Source: the human T2T-CHM13v2.0 reference genome, Homo sapiens. From it: DNA of 64,000 nt. Of the stretch, positions 1-18,959 are shown one piece after another. The stretch is taken from assembly GCF_009914755.1 (NCBI RefSeq), contig NC_060927.1. One strand, 5' to 3'. Every line of letters begins with the position of its first letter. Within the stretch, counting starts at the first letter, position 1. Under the pieces are notes generated by a model, which saw nothing but the letters and a program-made list of their open reading frames with translations, did no database searches and was not told the DNA's origin. Made by a program: the position numbers and the translations under genes.

Positions 1-57
1 GCAATTGACACATGGGTCTAGGTGACATACCCTCATACATGCTAAGAATTAAAATAA

Positions 58-448
<391 letters not shown>

Positions 449-1635
449 TTAATTGAAGAGTTTTAAAAAGAAACCATTTATATAGTGTCTATAATTTTAA
501 TTTTAGTTTATAAATTGATTATTCTGCTTTTGCATTCATTTAGCCTACTGTAATAAAAATTTTATAAAATAATTATTGCTGTGTAACTTTGAAACTCAAT
601 TACAGCTGCAGAAATGGAGTACTGAGATACCAAGTCGGGGAGCAAACAGTTGTAAATATCAGCTTGAGATGGAGTGCTGGTACAGAATGTAAGATTACAT
701 TTACATGTAGAAAATGGCAGTTTCAGTGTACACAGGTTTGGCTCTGCTGCCATCCTAAGTCATACCTGTGTTAATGAAATGGTCTTCTCAACTCAGCATT
801 AGGCAAGACTTAAGTTTTTACCATAGAAACATTATTCCTACTGCTGTAGTTCAGCGAACCGTCCACTGAGATTTATAGCGAAGTTCTAAGGTATATTTTG
901 GCTGTGTTTGTTTTTAGGACTCATGTTATTTTGAAATAAATTTATCATATTAGTTGGAAGTGTGTCTCTTCTAGATCTATTTTCTTTACTACTTATCAGC
1001 ATAATCATTTCAAATCTCGGGTAGAGATTGAAAATTGAGCATTTGATTTCAATATACTATATGAAAGGCCATTACACAGAATTTACTGCACTGTTTTTGC
1101 ACCATTAGCACAAAAAAAGAAAAAAAGGGTGAAAGAGGCCTCTTGAGAAGAATTAGATATTTCCATCTGGCAGTATATGCAGGGTGTGGTGTTTTTATTC
1201 ACTAAAACTAATAAATTATTTTTATTTCAAATTCAGCCTATTTCCCGGGTTGTTTTCATGTATCACGAACACAAAAAATGGCCAATATATATTAAGGAAT
1301 ACCAGTGCTAACGTATCTTAGTGGAAATATCCGATCAAATACCCAATATTTCCTTTAATCTTGGGTAAAAAAGTTGATTTGTGGTTAAATTTGTCAAGAT
1401 AGACACAGTGTGCTTTTCTGACTTTTTTTACTTCACTCTTATTCTGATTCAACAACTGATATTTTACATATGCTTACAACATTTTTCTATTCTCAATAGC
1501 ATGGTGAAGTTAATTCTGAATAAAGACACCTAGAGTTTCATCACAGATCGATAACTTGTGTGTGACACTTAATCTTTATGTCCTCAATTCCCATCTGAGA
1601 AAGGAGAAATTCTGGGGTGGGGGTGGGTCACACAA

Positions 1636-2151
<516 letters not shown>

Positions 2152-2160
2152 TTCTGGTGA

Positions 2161-2430
2161 TGTATTGCTGTGTGACGCATTTCTCCAAAACTTAGTGGCT
2201 AAAAAGAAAACTTAGTGGGTCATAATGGTTCTTTGGGCTGATTTGGCTTAGCTGGGTGGATATCCCCTGAGGTCTCTCCTAGAGTCGTAATCAGACAGTG
2301 AATGGGGCTGGAGTCATCTGAAGGCTCAACTGGGTTGAACATCCAAGATTACCTAATCACTTACAAGTTTGACACCTGGGCAATTCAAGATACTGGAGTC
2401 ATGGAGATGAGTTAGAAGCCTTTTTCTCCC
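2161..2430 (-). mobile_element. MaLR LTR fragment (MLT1 family)
   Basis: TATTGCTG..CAAAACTTAGTGGCT and GGGGCTGGAGTCATCTGAAGGCT typical of MLT1. Confidence 0.65.
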
Positions 2431-2905
2431 ACCCCAAAATCCGCTTTACTGAGGTATAATTGACATACAACAAATTGCACATATTTAGAGTGCACATCTT
2501 GATAAGGTTTGCATATGTATGTACCCAAGTAACAATCATCACCAATATTAAGAAAATGAATACATCTATCACCCCCCAAAAGGTTTCCTTATGTTATTTT
2601 GTGATGCCTCCTCCTTCTCCCACCCCAGGCAACAACTTATCTGCCCCTTGTCACTAGAGATTAGATTGCATTTTCTAGAATTTTATATAAATGAAATTAT
2701 ATAGTAACTACGCTTTCTTTTTGATTTGGCTCATTTCAGTCAGCATAATTATTTTAAGATTCACCTATGTTGTTGCATGTGTCAACAATTCATTCCTTCT
2801 TATTGCTGAGTAGTATTTTGTTATATGGATGCACTTCACTTTGTTTACCCATTCATGTATTGATGGACATTTGGATTGATTCCAGTTTTTGGCTATTACA
2901 AATAA

Positions 2906-3229
<324 letters not shown>

Positions 3230-3420
3230 TCCATATGCAAAACATATGTTTTTATTTTTTATTTGTATGAACATGTGTTTTTAATTTTTATTTTTGGATA
3301 TACCTAGGAATGGAATGGCTAAGTCAATGGTACATATATGTGGAACATTTTATGAATCTGTTGAATTACTTTTAAAGGTGTTTGTACAATTTTACATTCT
3401 AACCAGCACACACATTGGAT

Positions 3421-3724
3421 TTTTTTTTTTTTTTTTTTGAGATGGAGTCTCGCTCTGTCGCCCAGGCCGGACTGCGGACTGCAGTGGCGCAATCTCGGCT
3501 CACTGCAAGCTCCGCTTCCCGGGTTCACGCCTCTCCTGCCTCAGCCTCCCGAGTAGCTGGGACTACAGGCGCCCGCTACCGCACCCGGCTAATTTTTTGT
3601 ATTTTTAGTAGAGACGGGGTTTCACCTTGTTAGCCAGGATGGTCTCGATCTCCTGACCTCATGATCCACCCGCCTCGGCCTCCCAAAGTGCTGGGATTAC
3701 AGGCGTGAGCCACCGCGCCCGGCC
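3421..3724 (-). mobile_element. AluYb8 (human-specific)
   Basis: Diagnostic 7-bp insertion (GGCCGGACTGCGGACTGCAGTGG), CACCTTGTTAGCC, TCATGATCCACCC; perfect TSD CACACATTGGATTTT at 3409 and 3725. Confidence 0.95.
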
Positions 3725-4361
3725 CACACATTGGATTTTGTCAAATGATCTTTCTACATTTATTGAGATGATCTTTTTGCTTATTTGTTAGTTAGTATGC
3801 TGAATTACATTGATTGATTTTCAAGTGTTAAACCAGCCTTGCATTCCTGAGATAAACTCCACTTGGTCATGAGGTATTATCTTTCTCATATATTTTTGGT
3901 TTCAATTGGTTAAATTTTTTTTTTTAATTTTGCTTATGAAGGAGTTTTGTCTGTAATTTTCTTTTCTTGTAATATTATTTTCTAATATTGATAATGGAGT
4001 AATTCTGGCCTCATAGAAGAAGTTGAGAAGCATTTCCTCCTTTTCAATTTTTGTAGAGACTTTGTGTTGAATTATTATTTCTTTCTTAAGTGTTTGGTAA
4101 ACTTCACTCATGACGCCATCTGGGACTGGAGTTTTCTTGTTTGGAAGGTCTTTAACTACAAATTTAATTTGTTTATGAGATAATGGAATATTCAAGTTAT
4201 TTTCTCTTAAGTAAGCTGTGATAGTTGGTGTCTTTCAAGGCATTTGTCCAGTTCATTTAAATTGTCAAATTTATTAGCATAAAATTGTTCAAATATTCAT
4301 TTTAACCTCATTCCTGATATGGTAATTTCTTTCTTCTCTATTTCCTGATCAATTTTTCTAG

Positions 4362-4758
<397 letters not shown>

Positions 4759-6089
4759 TTATCTACTAAATCTATCATCTATGTGAATATTGGGTCAATT
4801 TTGATTGATTGATTTTTGTATTTATCATGGGTCATCCTTTCCTGCTTCTTTTCTTTCCTTAGAACTTTTGGTTGGATGCCAGATGTGATTTTTTACCTTG
4901 TTGATTTTTTTTAAGCCTATAGAACCTGTATTCCCAGGTGGTCTTCTATCTAATTGTTGGATAATTTTATATTCCTATAAATATTTAGCTTTGTTCCAAG
5001 TTATGCCTAAATTGCTCATAAATTTAGATTATTTTGGGTATGGCTTTAAAACTTGCTGAGCCAGGAGCAAAGCAATGTTTAACCTGGGACTAGCTTTTCC
5101 CCATTACTGTGGCAAACCCTTTCTTGCCATAGTATTTTAACTGATGTTGTATGAATTATGAAGTTTACCAATCTGGTTAGTGGGCACAGGTGAGTTTTTC
5201 AGCTCTATATAGGATTATGGAATTGTACTCATTAATATTTTGAGTTGTTTATTTATTTATTTTTAACCTGGCCTCAGGTAATTTTCTCACTTGCATGTGG
5301 TGGTCAGTACTCAGCTGAGCATCAAGGGTTACCCTCTGAAGATTTCCAGAGCTCCAGCTCTTTTCTTTCTGACAATTTGCCCTAGTGAATTCTGGTTGCT
5401 TTGAATTTCTCACACTCACCATTTTGTCTCCTCAACTCAGGGAGACTGTCGGGCTCCACTTGGCTTTTCCCTCCCTGTGCCAAGCTGGGAAGCTTTCCTT
5501 AGGTACAAAGCTGGGGAAACCACAGAGCGCACCTTATTTGTTTTCCATCTCTCAGGGATCATTGTCCTTTGTTGCCTGATGACCAAGGTTTTGTGAACAT
5601 TCTTTCATAGGTTTGTTCAGTTTTTTAGTTGTTTCATGAAGAACAATAAATTCAGTTACTGTTATTTCATCTGGGCCAGAAACAGAGCTCTGTTCAGCAT
5701 CTTTCAAAATACTATTCTTTAGAGGAAAGGATGACCTGAATAGGATAAACCCATTGGTAACATAATAGATTATATAAACTTGAGGGATGTTTCATAGGCT
5801 CTGTGGGACTTGGTGTCTAACTAAGCATGGGCAGTGAGACGAAGTTTCCTACCCTCACGCCCACAGGGCTACGTCGATGGCAATGCGATTTTCTGAGATT
5901 AGGAGTCCATGGGGAAGAGGTGAGTTGGGTGGATGAGTTCCAAGTTTGTACATGGCCTGTGGATAATTTAGATGGAAATGATCAGGAAGCAGGTAGAAAT
6001 ATGGATCTGGAGTTTAGGAGAGAGGGGATGGCTATCACTATAGATTCTGGAAAAAAAATCTTCCAGGATAGTGCTTAATTGAGGAGAAC

Positions 6090-6745
<656 letters not shown>

Positions 6746-6831
6746 TAAATGTGAATAACTTGGTAATGGAAACAATTACTTCTGCTGTGAAAGAATTTAT
6801 TACTGTTACCACTGGGCTCTACTTGCTGCTG

Positions 6832-6832
<1 letters not shown>

Positions 6833-6868
<36 letters not shown>
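6833..6868. repeat. (TG)18 microsatellite
   Basis: Directly visible. Confidence 0.98.
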
Positions 6869-6871
<3 letters not shown>

Positions 6872-7013
6872 CCACTTTCATCTCCCCTAATAAATTTTAG
6901 ATTGGCAAGAAACAAAAACACAAAAATGTCAACCCTAAAGACTAATGCTTTTATAATATCCTATCGTATGATACAAACTAGCATCTAGAACTTTGCCTTA
7001 AAATTGTTACAAT

Positions 7014-7307
<294 letters not shown>

Positions 7308-7323
7308 TTATAATAAAGAGTAG

Positions 7324-8097
<774 letters not shown>

Positions 8098-8763
8098 TTT
8101 TCTCCCAGTTTCTAAAACTGCATGTTTGCACACCAATGTAACATACAACAAACATTTTATAAGACTACTAAAAAATGGCAGTTTGTTAAAGTCTTTGATA
8201 TATCATGTAGCTCTTGAAGTCATTGGAATTAAATGATAAATGATACTATTGTTAATATAAGTCTTATGATATTAGTCAAAACTTTGCTCAAGTTGAAACT
8301 TTTGGTATTATAAATTCTCACTTTCAGTATTATATGTTTCTTCAGTCAGTGGTTTGAAACTTGGGTCAAAAAGATGAGAAAATGTAGGGTAAGATGTATT
8401 CATTAAAATAACAGTTCAACAATTTATGCAGAAATTAAATGTGTTTAATTTAGATTACATGAGAACTTGGGTCAGTGTATTTCTATTATTAGAAGAAAAA
8501 TCCAGAACATAGTACCATATATTCCCAGGCCACAAGAGCCAAGGATCATCTTACATCAAGTCTGCCCTGGTCATGTGGAAAATGATCATGTTTAAGACCA
8601 TTTTATATTTTTAGGGATACAAAAAACTAAATATAGCAGAAAGGTTGATAGTCAGTGCTAAATAATATTCCTACATCTCACTTAGCATGCAGTGCAACTG
8701 ACCTTCATCAGACCAAGTTCCCCCAAAATCACAATAATCTTTGTGATAATTGGGGGATTTTAG

Positions 8764-9169
<406 letters not shown>

Positions 9170-9705
9170 TAATTGTAAAACTTTAACGTAGGAAATGCCC
9201 TTTTGTAAGCAAGTTTATATCTACCATTCAAATTTAATAATTAGACTGAAAATAAACCAAATCCACTTATAGAGAGAAGCTCGATCTTATTTACAAATGG
9301 AACTACAGTGTCAGGCTCAATGACTGCATTTTGGAAAACATACAACTTAGGAGGATGTTGATTTCTTCTTAATTGACTTTTTTTTTTTTTTTTGCTGGGG
9401 GGCTTCTCAGTACTTCTAAACTATCAGTGCATGGTCCATGCAATTAGATTTTTAGCAACACAATTCACAAGAAAACTTAATTCTATTTTCTAGTAATTCA
9501 CTTATTCTTTAGTTAAAAAATATGGGTTTATCTCTTATATACTCACAGCAAAGTCATTATCTCATGAAGTACTACCTTTTTTTGAGAACTGAAACTACCC
9601 CTTTTACTGAAATTTTAATAATTTAATTCACTTTGGATAAAAGTTATTCTAAAATGTACTATATAGTTTCTGGTTCTTTATAATATCATTAAAAAATAAA
9701 AAATA

Positions 9706-10020
9706 AGTCTGGGTGTGGTGGCTCATGCCTGTTATCTATGCCTGTTATCTAAGCACTTTGGGAGGCTGACGTGAGAGGATCACTTGAGTCCAGGAGTTCA
9801 AGACCAGCCTGGGCAACACAGGGAGACTTTGTCTCTAAAATAATAAAAATAAATAGGCCATGCATGGTGTTGCACACCTGTAGTTCCAGCTACTCAGGAG
9901 GCTGAGGTGGGAGGATCATTTGAGTTCAGTAGGTCAAGGCTGCAGTGACCTATGATTGCATCACTGCACTGCAGCCTGGGTGACCAAGTGAGACTCTGTC
10001 TCAATAATTAAAAAAAAAAA
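9706..10020 (+). mobile_element. AluJ
   Basis: J diagnostics (GAGGATCACTTGAG, CTGGGCAACA, GGTCAAGGCTGCAG); internal 13-bp duplication ATGCCTGTTATCT at 9725-9750. Confidence 0.93.
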
Positions 10021-10333
10021 AGCCCGGGTACAGTGGCTCACACCTGTAATCCCAGCACTTTGGGAGGCCAAGGTAGGTGGATCACGAGGTCAGGAGTTCG
10101 AGACCAGCTTGGTCAATATGGTGAAACCCTGTCTCTACTAAAAATACAAAAATTAGCCAGGCATAGTGGCCTGTTTCTGTAGTTCAAGCTCCTCGGAAGG
10201 CTGAGTTAGGAGAATCACTTGAACCCGGGAGGTGGAGGTTGCAGTGAGCTGACACGCACTACTGCACTCTAGCCTGGGAGACAGAGAGAGAGTCTGTCTC
10301 AAAAAAATAAATTAAAATAAAATAATAATAAAA
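10021..10333 (+). mobile_element. Alu (AluSg-like), directly behind the AluJ tail
   Basis: Full dimer with GATCACGAGGTCAGGAGTTCG. Confidence 0.95.
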
Positions 10334-10485
10334 CAAGTTCCTGAACCCCTGCCATATGAAAACTGATTCTATTTTTGTATTTTCTCAGACCTTGTGCCAT
10401 ATGGATGCAGTTGTAAAATAGAAATTATTTTAAAATACAATCGATATGATTTAATTACTGCAGAGTGGTTCCAGACATTGAATAC

Positions 10486-10884
10486 TGTCTTAGTCCCTTT
10501 TCTGCTGCTATAACAGAATGCCACAGACCGAGTAATTTATAGAGAAAACATTATTTGGCTCATGGTTCTAGAGACTGGGAAGTCCAAGAGCATGGTGCTG
10601 ACAGCTAGTGAGGTCTTTCTTGCTGCTTTATCCCATAGTGGAAAACATCACATGGTGAGCAGGCTCTCATCATGGAGAAGGGATATGGGGCCAAACTCAT
10701 CCTTTTCTCAGGGGCCCACTCCCATGATAACTAATCCACTCCTGTGATAGTGGCATTCATTAATTCACTTATAAGGCATACCCTTATGACCTAATCATTT
10801 CTTAAAGGCGCCACTTCCCAACACTGTTACGGTGGCAATTAAATTTTCACGTGAGTTTTGAAGGGGATATTTAAAACCATAGCA
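10486..10884 (-). mobile_element. MaLR solo LTR (MSTC-like)
   Basis: TGTCTTAGTC...AAACCATAGCA termini; 5-bp TSD AATAC/AATAT. Confidence 0.85.
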
Positions 10885-11184
10885 AATATGAACACTATTT
10901 TTTAACAGGGCCTCTGATTTTTATTACAATTATGATATTACATTGGGAATACTACAAACACTATGGATTTTAATTCCAACAAGGCATTTGACAAGTCTCT
11001 TGGGATGGATAGACTTCTGGGCAAAATAAAAAAAAAATGTTGGTAAGATGAGAGTTCATTGGTGTATTCATAACTGCAGAAATGACCACAAGAGTCTGAA
11101 ATTTCAAAATTAAAATAACATTGTATGCTTTCCCTTGATTAAAAAGATAACATAGGCTCGCCATAGACATTTTGGAAAACATAG

Positions 11185-11549
<365 letters not shown>

Positions 11550-12126
11550 ATAACCACTCTTAACATTTTTGTAGATATATTAATATTCTATTAAGTCATA
11601 CGTTTCTCTTTTGGGTAAAAATTTTTTCTCTTAGTACATTCATGAATGTATTTTCATGTTACTAGTCATTCTTCCACAACATCATTTTAAATAAATGCAT
11701 AGTTTTATCAGGTATAGGTACCCTAATATATTTAGCAAATCCTCTGTAGTTTTTCCTTTTTTTGGTTATTTAAATTAGGACTATATATTGACTTTTTCAA
11801 AGACCTTTTCAACACCTGTTAAGGTGATCAAATGGCTTTTCTCCTTTAACTTTTTGTCATGGTAAAATATTTTTGATGTCAAATCATTTTTGCATTTCTG
11901 GAAATCCCCTTATTTGGTTCTGGTGTTAATTATAGTTTGTTTTACTTATAGAAATTTCAAACATACTCCAGAGTCTAGAGAATGACATAGTGAATCCTAT
12001 GTAACCTACGCCCAAATTCAGTAATTATCACTACTCTTGTTTCATCTGTTCTCTCCCTCTTCCCTTTTTGGTTGAGTATTTTAAAGCAAATCCTAGAAAT
12101 CTACCATTTTACCCCTAAAATCAGAA

Positions 12127-12431
<305 letters not shown>

Positions 12432-12507
12432 AAAATCCTAACTTTTTAAGCACAAGCACACAATGCCATTATCACATGTAGCAAAAGTGCCAATTAATAA
12501 TCATCTT

Positions 12508-12762
12508 GGCCGGGCGCGGTGGCTCGCGCCTGTAATTCCAGCACTTTGGGAGGCCGAGGCGGGCAGATCACGAGGTCAGGAGATCGTGAGGTCAGGAGAT
12601 CAAGTAGCTGTAGTCCCAGGTACTCTGGAGGCTGAGGCAGGAGAATGGGGTGAACCCTCGGGGGCGGAGCCTACAGTGAGCCGAGGTCGCACCACTGCAC
12701 TCCAACCTGGGCGACAGTGAGACTCTGTCTCAAAAAAAAAATAAAAATAAAAATAAAAATAA
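12508..12762 (+). mobile_element. Internally deleted AluY (Ye-like)
   Basis: Lacks linker region; GGGGGCGGAGCCT and GACAGTGAGAC variants. Confidence 0.85.
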
Positions 12763-13230
12763 TCTCATAGGGTCACGATTAATGACCTAAGTTCAATTTT
12801 CTCCAATTGGCTCAAATATTGTTTCTTTTTTTGTGTGTGAATTGTTGGTTTAAAGCAGTCTCTTAATCAACAACAGCTCTCTCTTTTCATTTTTTTCATG
12901 CTTTGTTGAAGAAATGGGGTCACTCGGTGCATCTCCTATATTCAAGAGTTGGTTGATTGCATCTTTGTGGTTATAAATGCATCCCTTCTCCCCTGCATTT
13001 CCTATTACTTGGCGGTTAGACCTAGAGGCCTGATTAGATTAAAGTTCAAGACTATTCCATGCATGGTTCTGTATCGTTGATTTTGTACCACATGACAAGG
13101 CACATAAAATTTGGTTATCCTACTTTTAGTGATCTCAGTATTGATAAGTGATTTCAGGTGTTAGAGTCGGATCCAGCCATTATAATGTTTCCTAATTGTG
13201 TATCATTTTAATCTGTAGCATTAGATTTGA

Positions 13231-13551
<321 letters not shown>

Positions 13552-14542
13552 ACATTTTATATAGGCTTTTAAAAACATTTACAGTCCATAAGTAAGCTAA
13601 TTCTCTTGCTTTTTTTCTGTGCATTATTTTAATAGCTAAAGGCAACAGGATTAAAGAGTAGGGAATCCAAAGAGGGTGGTACTTTGATGTTAGGCTACCT
13701 GGTTACCATCTCAGAAGGCCTTCATCACCTTTTTTGAGATAGGCATAAAGCTCTAGTTCCTTAGGGGGAAACTGGCAAAAATACCATCAGAATCAGAGCA
13801 GATGCCCATCCCAAGAATGAGGAGCACAATTTGGAGGGATGTTAAATGTGCAGGCAGCCCTTCATTCTCCAGGTAGTCACCGGGATCTTGATTTCCAGAG
13901 CTGGTTAGTATCAAGAGACTCTGAGGGGAACACTGCAAGAACCCTCTCTGCAGTCTGACTGCGAGAGCCGTCATCCTATCCAGAAACATAAAGGTGCATT
14001 TCTTTCTTTCTAGATCACAAAGAGTTAATCATTTTGAACTGGTTGTTGTTTCAGGACTTCAACAGTTCACCATTTTTTTCTCACTGCTTCCTGTCTGGAG
14101 ATTTGTTTTTTTCTTTGCGAGTAGATAATTTAAGAAATAGTTCTCATTGCCAGAAGGCTGACTCCTTGACAGGAAAGACATTAAATTTTATGCAAATCTG
14201 TGTGTGTGTGCTTTATCATGCACTTGGGTTTATCTTGGCAGTTGACATCCTAATGCTCAAAGGGAGTTGTGAGATGGCTTTCAGAAGCATGGTCTCTAGG
14301 GTTATGGGACACATAAAATCAGTGGGCAGCCTTTCCCACTATCTTCCCTTTCCCTCATTCTGTTTTTGACCTGGGCCTCTAGATTCGAGATCATTCCTTA
14401 TCTTATTGCTAAAATCCTGATGCTTTGGGTAATGCGCTTTAAGAATGTTTTAAACCTCTGCCAACAACTTTATCCTGACTATCCAGGCAGGTTCATTACT
14501 GAGGTTAGTTTAAGATCTGGTTTCAAAGCCTGCCTTTCTTTG

Positions 14543-14750
14543 TTCAATCATTACTTGCTAAACATTTATTGAACCCTCCTTGTGCTAGGTCCTGGCTAAT
14601 GCTGGGAAAACACCAAGCTGAAGAAGACATGTTTCCTGCCCTCCAGCAAAGAGATAGAGTCCAAGCAAATAACTACAACAGATGTGAACGCGGAAGCACA
14701 AAGGAAGAAGCTAATGCTTCCTGGGAGAGGTGACATTTCTTCTGGGTTTC
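14543..14750 (-). mobile_element. L2 3' fragment
   Basis: AAACATTTATTGAAC..TGTGCTAGG..CCTGCCCTC. Confidence 0.65.
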
Positions 14751-15187
14751 GATACTTCTTCTAGTCCTCTCACATCTTAAATCTCCATTCTCAGTATTCT
14801 CAGTGGAGCATTTTATTCTGCTTCTATGATTTGGGGCAAAAAGAAGAGAATCTATTTGATAAAGTACTTCTAGAAAGACTGGCAGAAAAGACTCTGAAAG
14901 ACTTTCTCAGGAGTAAGAAACAACACAACTTTCTTAATATTCCTGTGCTGTTTTCACATGCAAAAAATACTTTCCCCCTCCTACCTCATCGGTAGGGCAA
15001 TGGACAAAATGGCTTTTCTTATAGTAAATAGCATGTTCCATGTAAGACGAGGCCATGATCTCCCTTTTTTGCACTTCAAAATATTTTAAAATTGCTGGAT
15101 TATTTTTTCCTCTCCATTCTTCCTTCTGTGGCTTGACAATTACTAAAGCTGGTATGATTGATAACACGACTCAAGTTAGAGGAAGTC

Positions 15188-15264
15188 TTTTTTTTCTTGA
15201 GATGGAGTCTGGCTCTGTCTCCCAGGTTGGAGTGCAGCGACTGCGAACTCGGCTCACTGCAAAC
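15188..15264 (-). mobile_element. 5'-truncated Alu (3' end only)
   Basis: About 65 bp of right arm plus tail, TSD TAGAGGAAGTCTTTT/TAGAGGAGGCCTTTT. Confidence 0.85.
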
Positions 15265-15307
15265 TAGAGGAGGCCTTTTTTTTTTTAAATCAAAGAGCCT
15301 CTTTTAA

Positions 15308-15670
<363 letters not shown>

Positions 15671-15779
15671 AAGAGCACATTATCTTGTATGTGCCTGTAG
15701 CCCATCTGCAGACATGAAACCCAAGTCCCTGTTCTCCCAAGTGCAATGGAAACATCTCCTCTCCTGCGGATGAACTGAA

Positions 15780-16500
15780 TAAGGGATAGTGAAGCATATT
15801 TTTAAATGTTTGCTATTGCTCGTTAGCCACAGTAGGAATTTCAATACCAGTGGCAGTGGGATCCCTCATTTTATTGTAGATGCCTTTTTTCATTTCAGCT
15901 TACAAAGCTTCCCTCCGTTGGAGGGTGGGGGCCGCAGAAATAAAATGGAAGGCAAAGGGGGGATGCGCTGCGATTTTTCTGCTCATTGTCTCATTTTGAA
16001 ACTGCCCCAACTGTATAGAACTTCTAGGAAGCCCGTACATGTCGGCACATTCCCGGGGAAGAATGCTTCTCTTAGGAGCCAGTGCCTTAAGAAGTTTCTT
16101 CCGTGTTGCACTGGCATGCATGTCTGCTTAAATCGCCACTCTCCTCATGACATTTGGCAGGACTAGGAAGTTCACGTGTCAGTCCCGCTATTGGCCCACG
16201 TGACCCCATCCCCAAAGACAGGCAGTGAACCCCTGTGTTTTTATGCCATATGAACTGAGAAGTAGACGCATTCTGTGTAATGGATACACACTGAGGCTGC
16301 AATTTTTGAAAAGTCATTGTTTTGACTTCCCTATATTCACATCGAATAACGCTTTTAGTCTTTGCCCTCAGTACTCTAGAAGGGGCTATATAGCCTGTTT
16401 TTGTATTTGTGGGAAAAAGACTAGAAGCTGGGCAAAATGCCACCAGGAAGACTAACATGGCGACGTGATCCCAAGGGAAACTGAGGTCTCACACTGTCCA
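15780..16500. promoter_or_regulatory. Candidate enhancer (ERSE-II, E-boxes, ETS, STAT/BCL6, YY1 motifs)
   Basis: Unique sequence with retained CpGs; ATTGGCCCACG 16190-16200, CACGTG 16173 and 16197, AGGAAGT 16165, TTCTAGGAA 16022, AACATGGCG 16454. Confidence 0.5.
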
Positions 16501-16639
16501 GCAACAGAAGGAGGTTGAATTCTGGAGGAGGTTTAATTTTTTAAAAACTCAAACTAATAAAAGATGTTCACAAATATTAAATATTTTTATTTGGACTCTG
16601 TGTGTATTTTAAATTTTTTATTATCAACATAAAAAATAT

Positions 16640-17585
<946 letters not shown>

Positions 17586-18071
17586 GATCCTCCCGTTGGG
17601 TACCAAGCATCCACATATCATCCTCTACCCATTTGAAAACTTCTCTACTGCAGCAATAGTAACTTCATGCTTCTGGTAGCAAGTTGTAACTTCCCTTTGA
17701 AAACATGCTTTCAACTTCTACCCCTAAAATGGAGTTACAAATCTCTTAACACTCTTCACATTCATCTCTGGGTGATGTTAATTATTGTTTTTATTCATAA
17801 GAGAATATATATATATATATAGTGTATATACATTTATATACTCTTTATATATTATAAAGTTAATTATCACCAACAGTGTTTATATAAAATATTTGAAAGT
17901 TAGGAGGAAAAAAAGAAGAGAAACAAATGAAGACAAAAGTATTCGTATCCACTACTTTATTTCTGGAACTGGTCACAAAGCCACAGTTAATATTTATAAA
18001 TTCCTTTTTCTACTACCTATTCTACATTTCCCTTGCCTTCCGCCAGCTGGTCAGTATTCTTTATCTAGTGA

Positions 18072-18421
<350 letters not shown>

Positions 18422-18959
18422 CAAAGCCCTGTCTTTATCAGGCATAAAAAATGACAGAGATGCCTTAGAGAGTCCCTTCAGCTCCAGATCTAGTATGCCC
18501 CGGCCACACTGTGCAGCAGCCAATACAGCTAAACAGAAGCAATCACCCCAACCAGTGCAGTAACCTCTTCCTTTGTCTGTTCGTTCAGTGACACAAGGAA
18601 CTGAAATTGCCAGATGGTAATCTCAACTTCCAATTCAATAGAACAATTGTTGTTTCCCTGCTAGAATCATTCTTCCTTTAGGAACCAAGCTCTCTAACAA
18701 GTGGAACACAAAGCTATGGGAATAGGAAGCAAAAATTCTATAAGTGGGTTATTGGGAGGAACAGTGAGAGCAACTATTGTCATTTTTACCTCTTTATTTC
18801 CAGAACCATAGATTCTGGCTATGGGGAAAGAAGCACCACGTATTGGTCACAGTTTTAAGTGCATATACTGCATCTCGTAGGATAGTGATTTCACCCCACA
18901 GATGTTCTCTCAACTGAGTCGTTAGGAGACCATTCTACCTTTTCTCTGAGGCCAGATCC

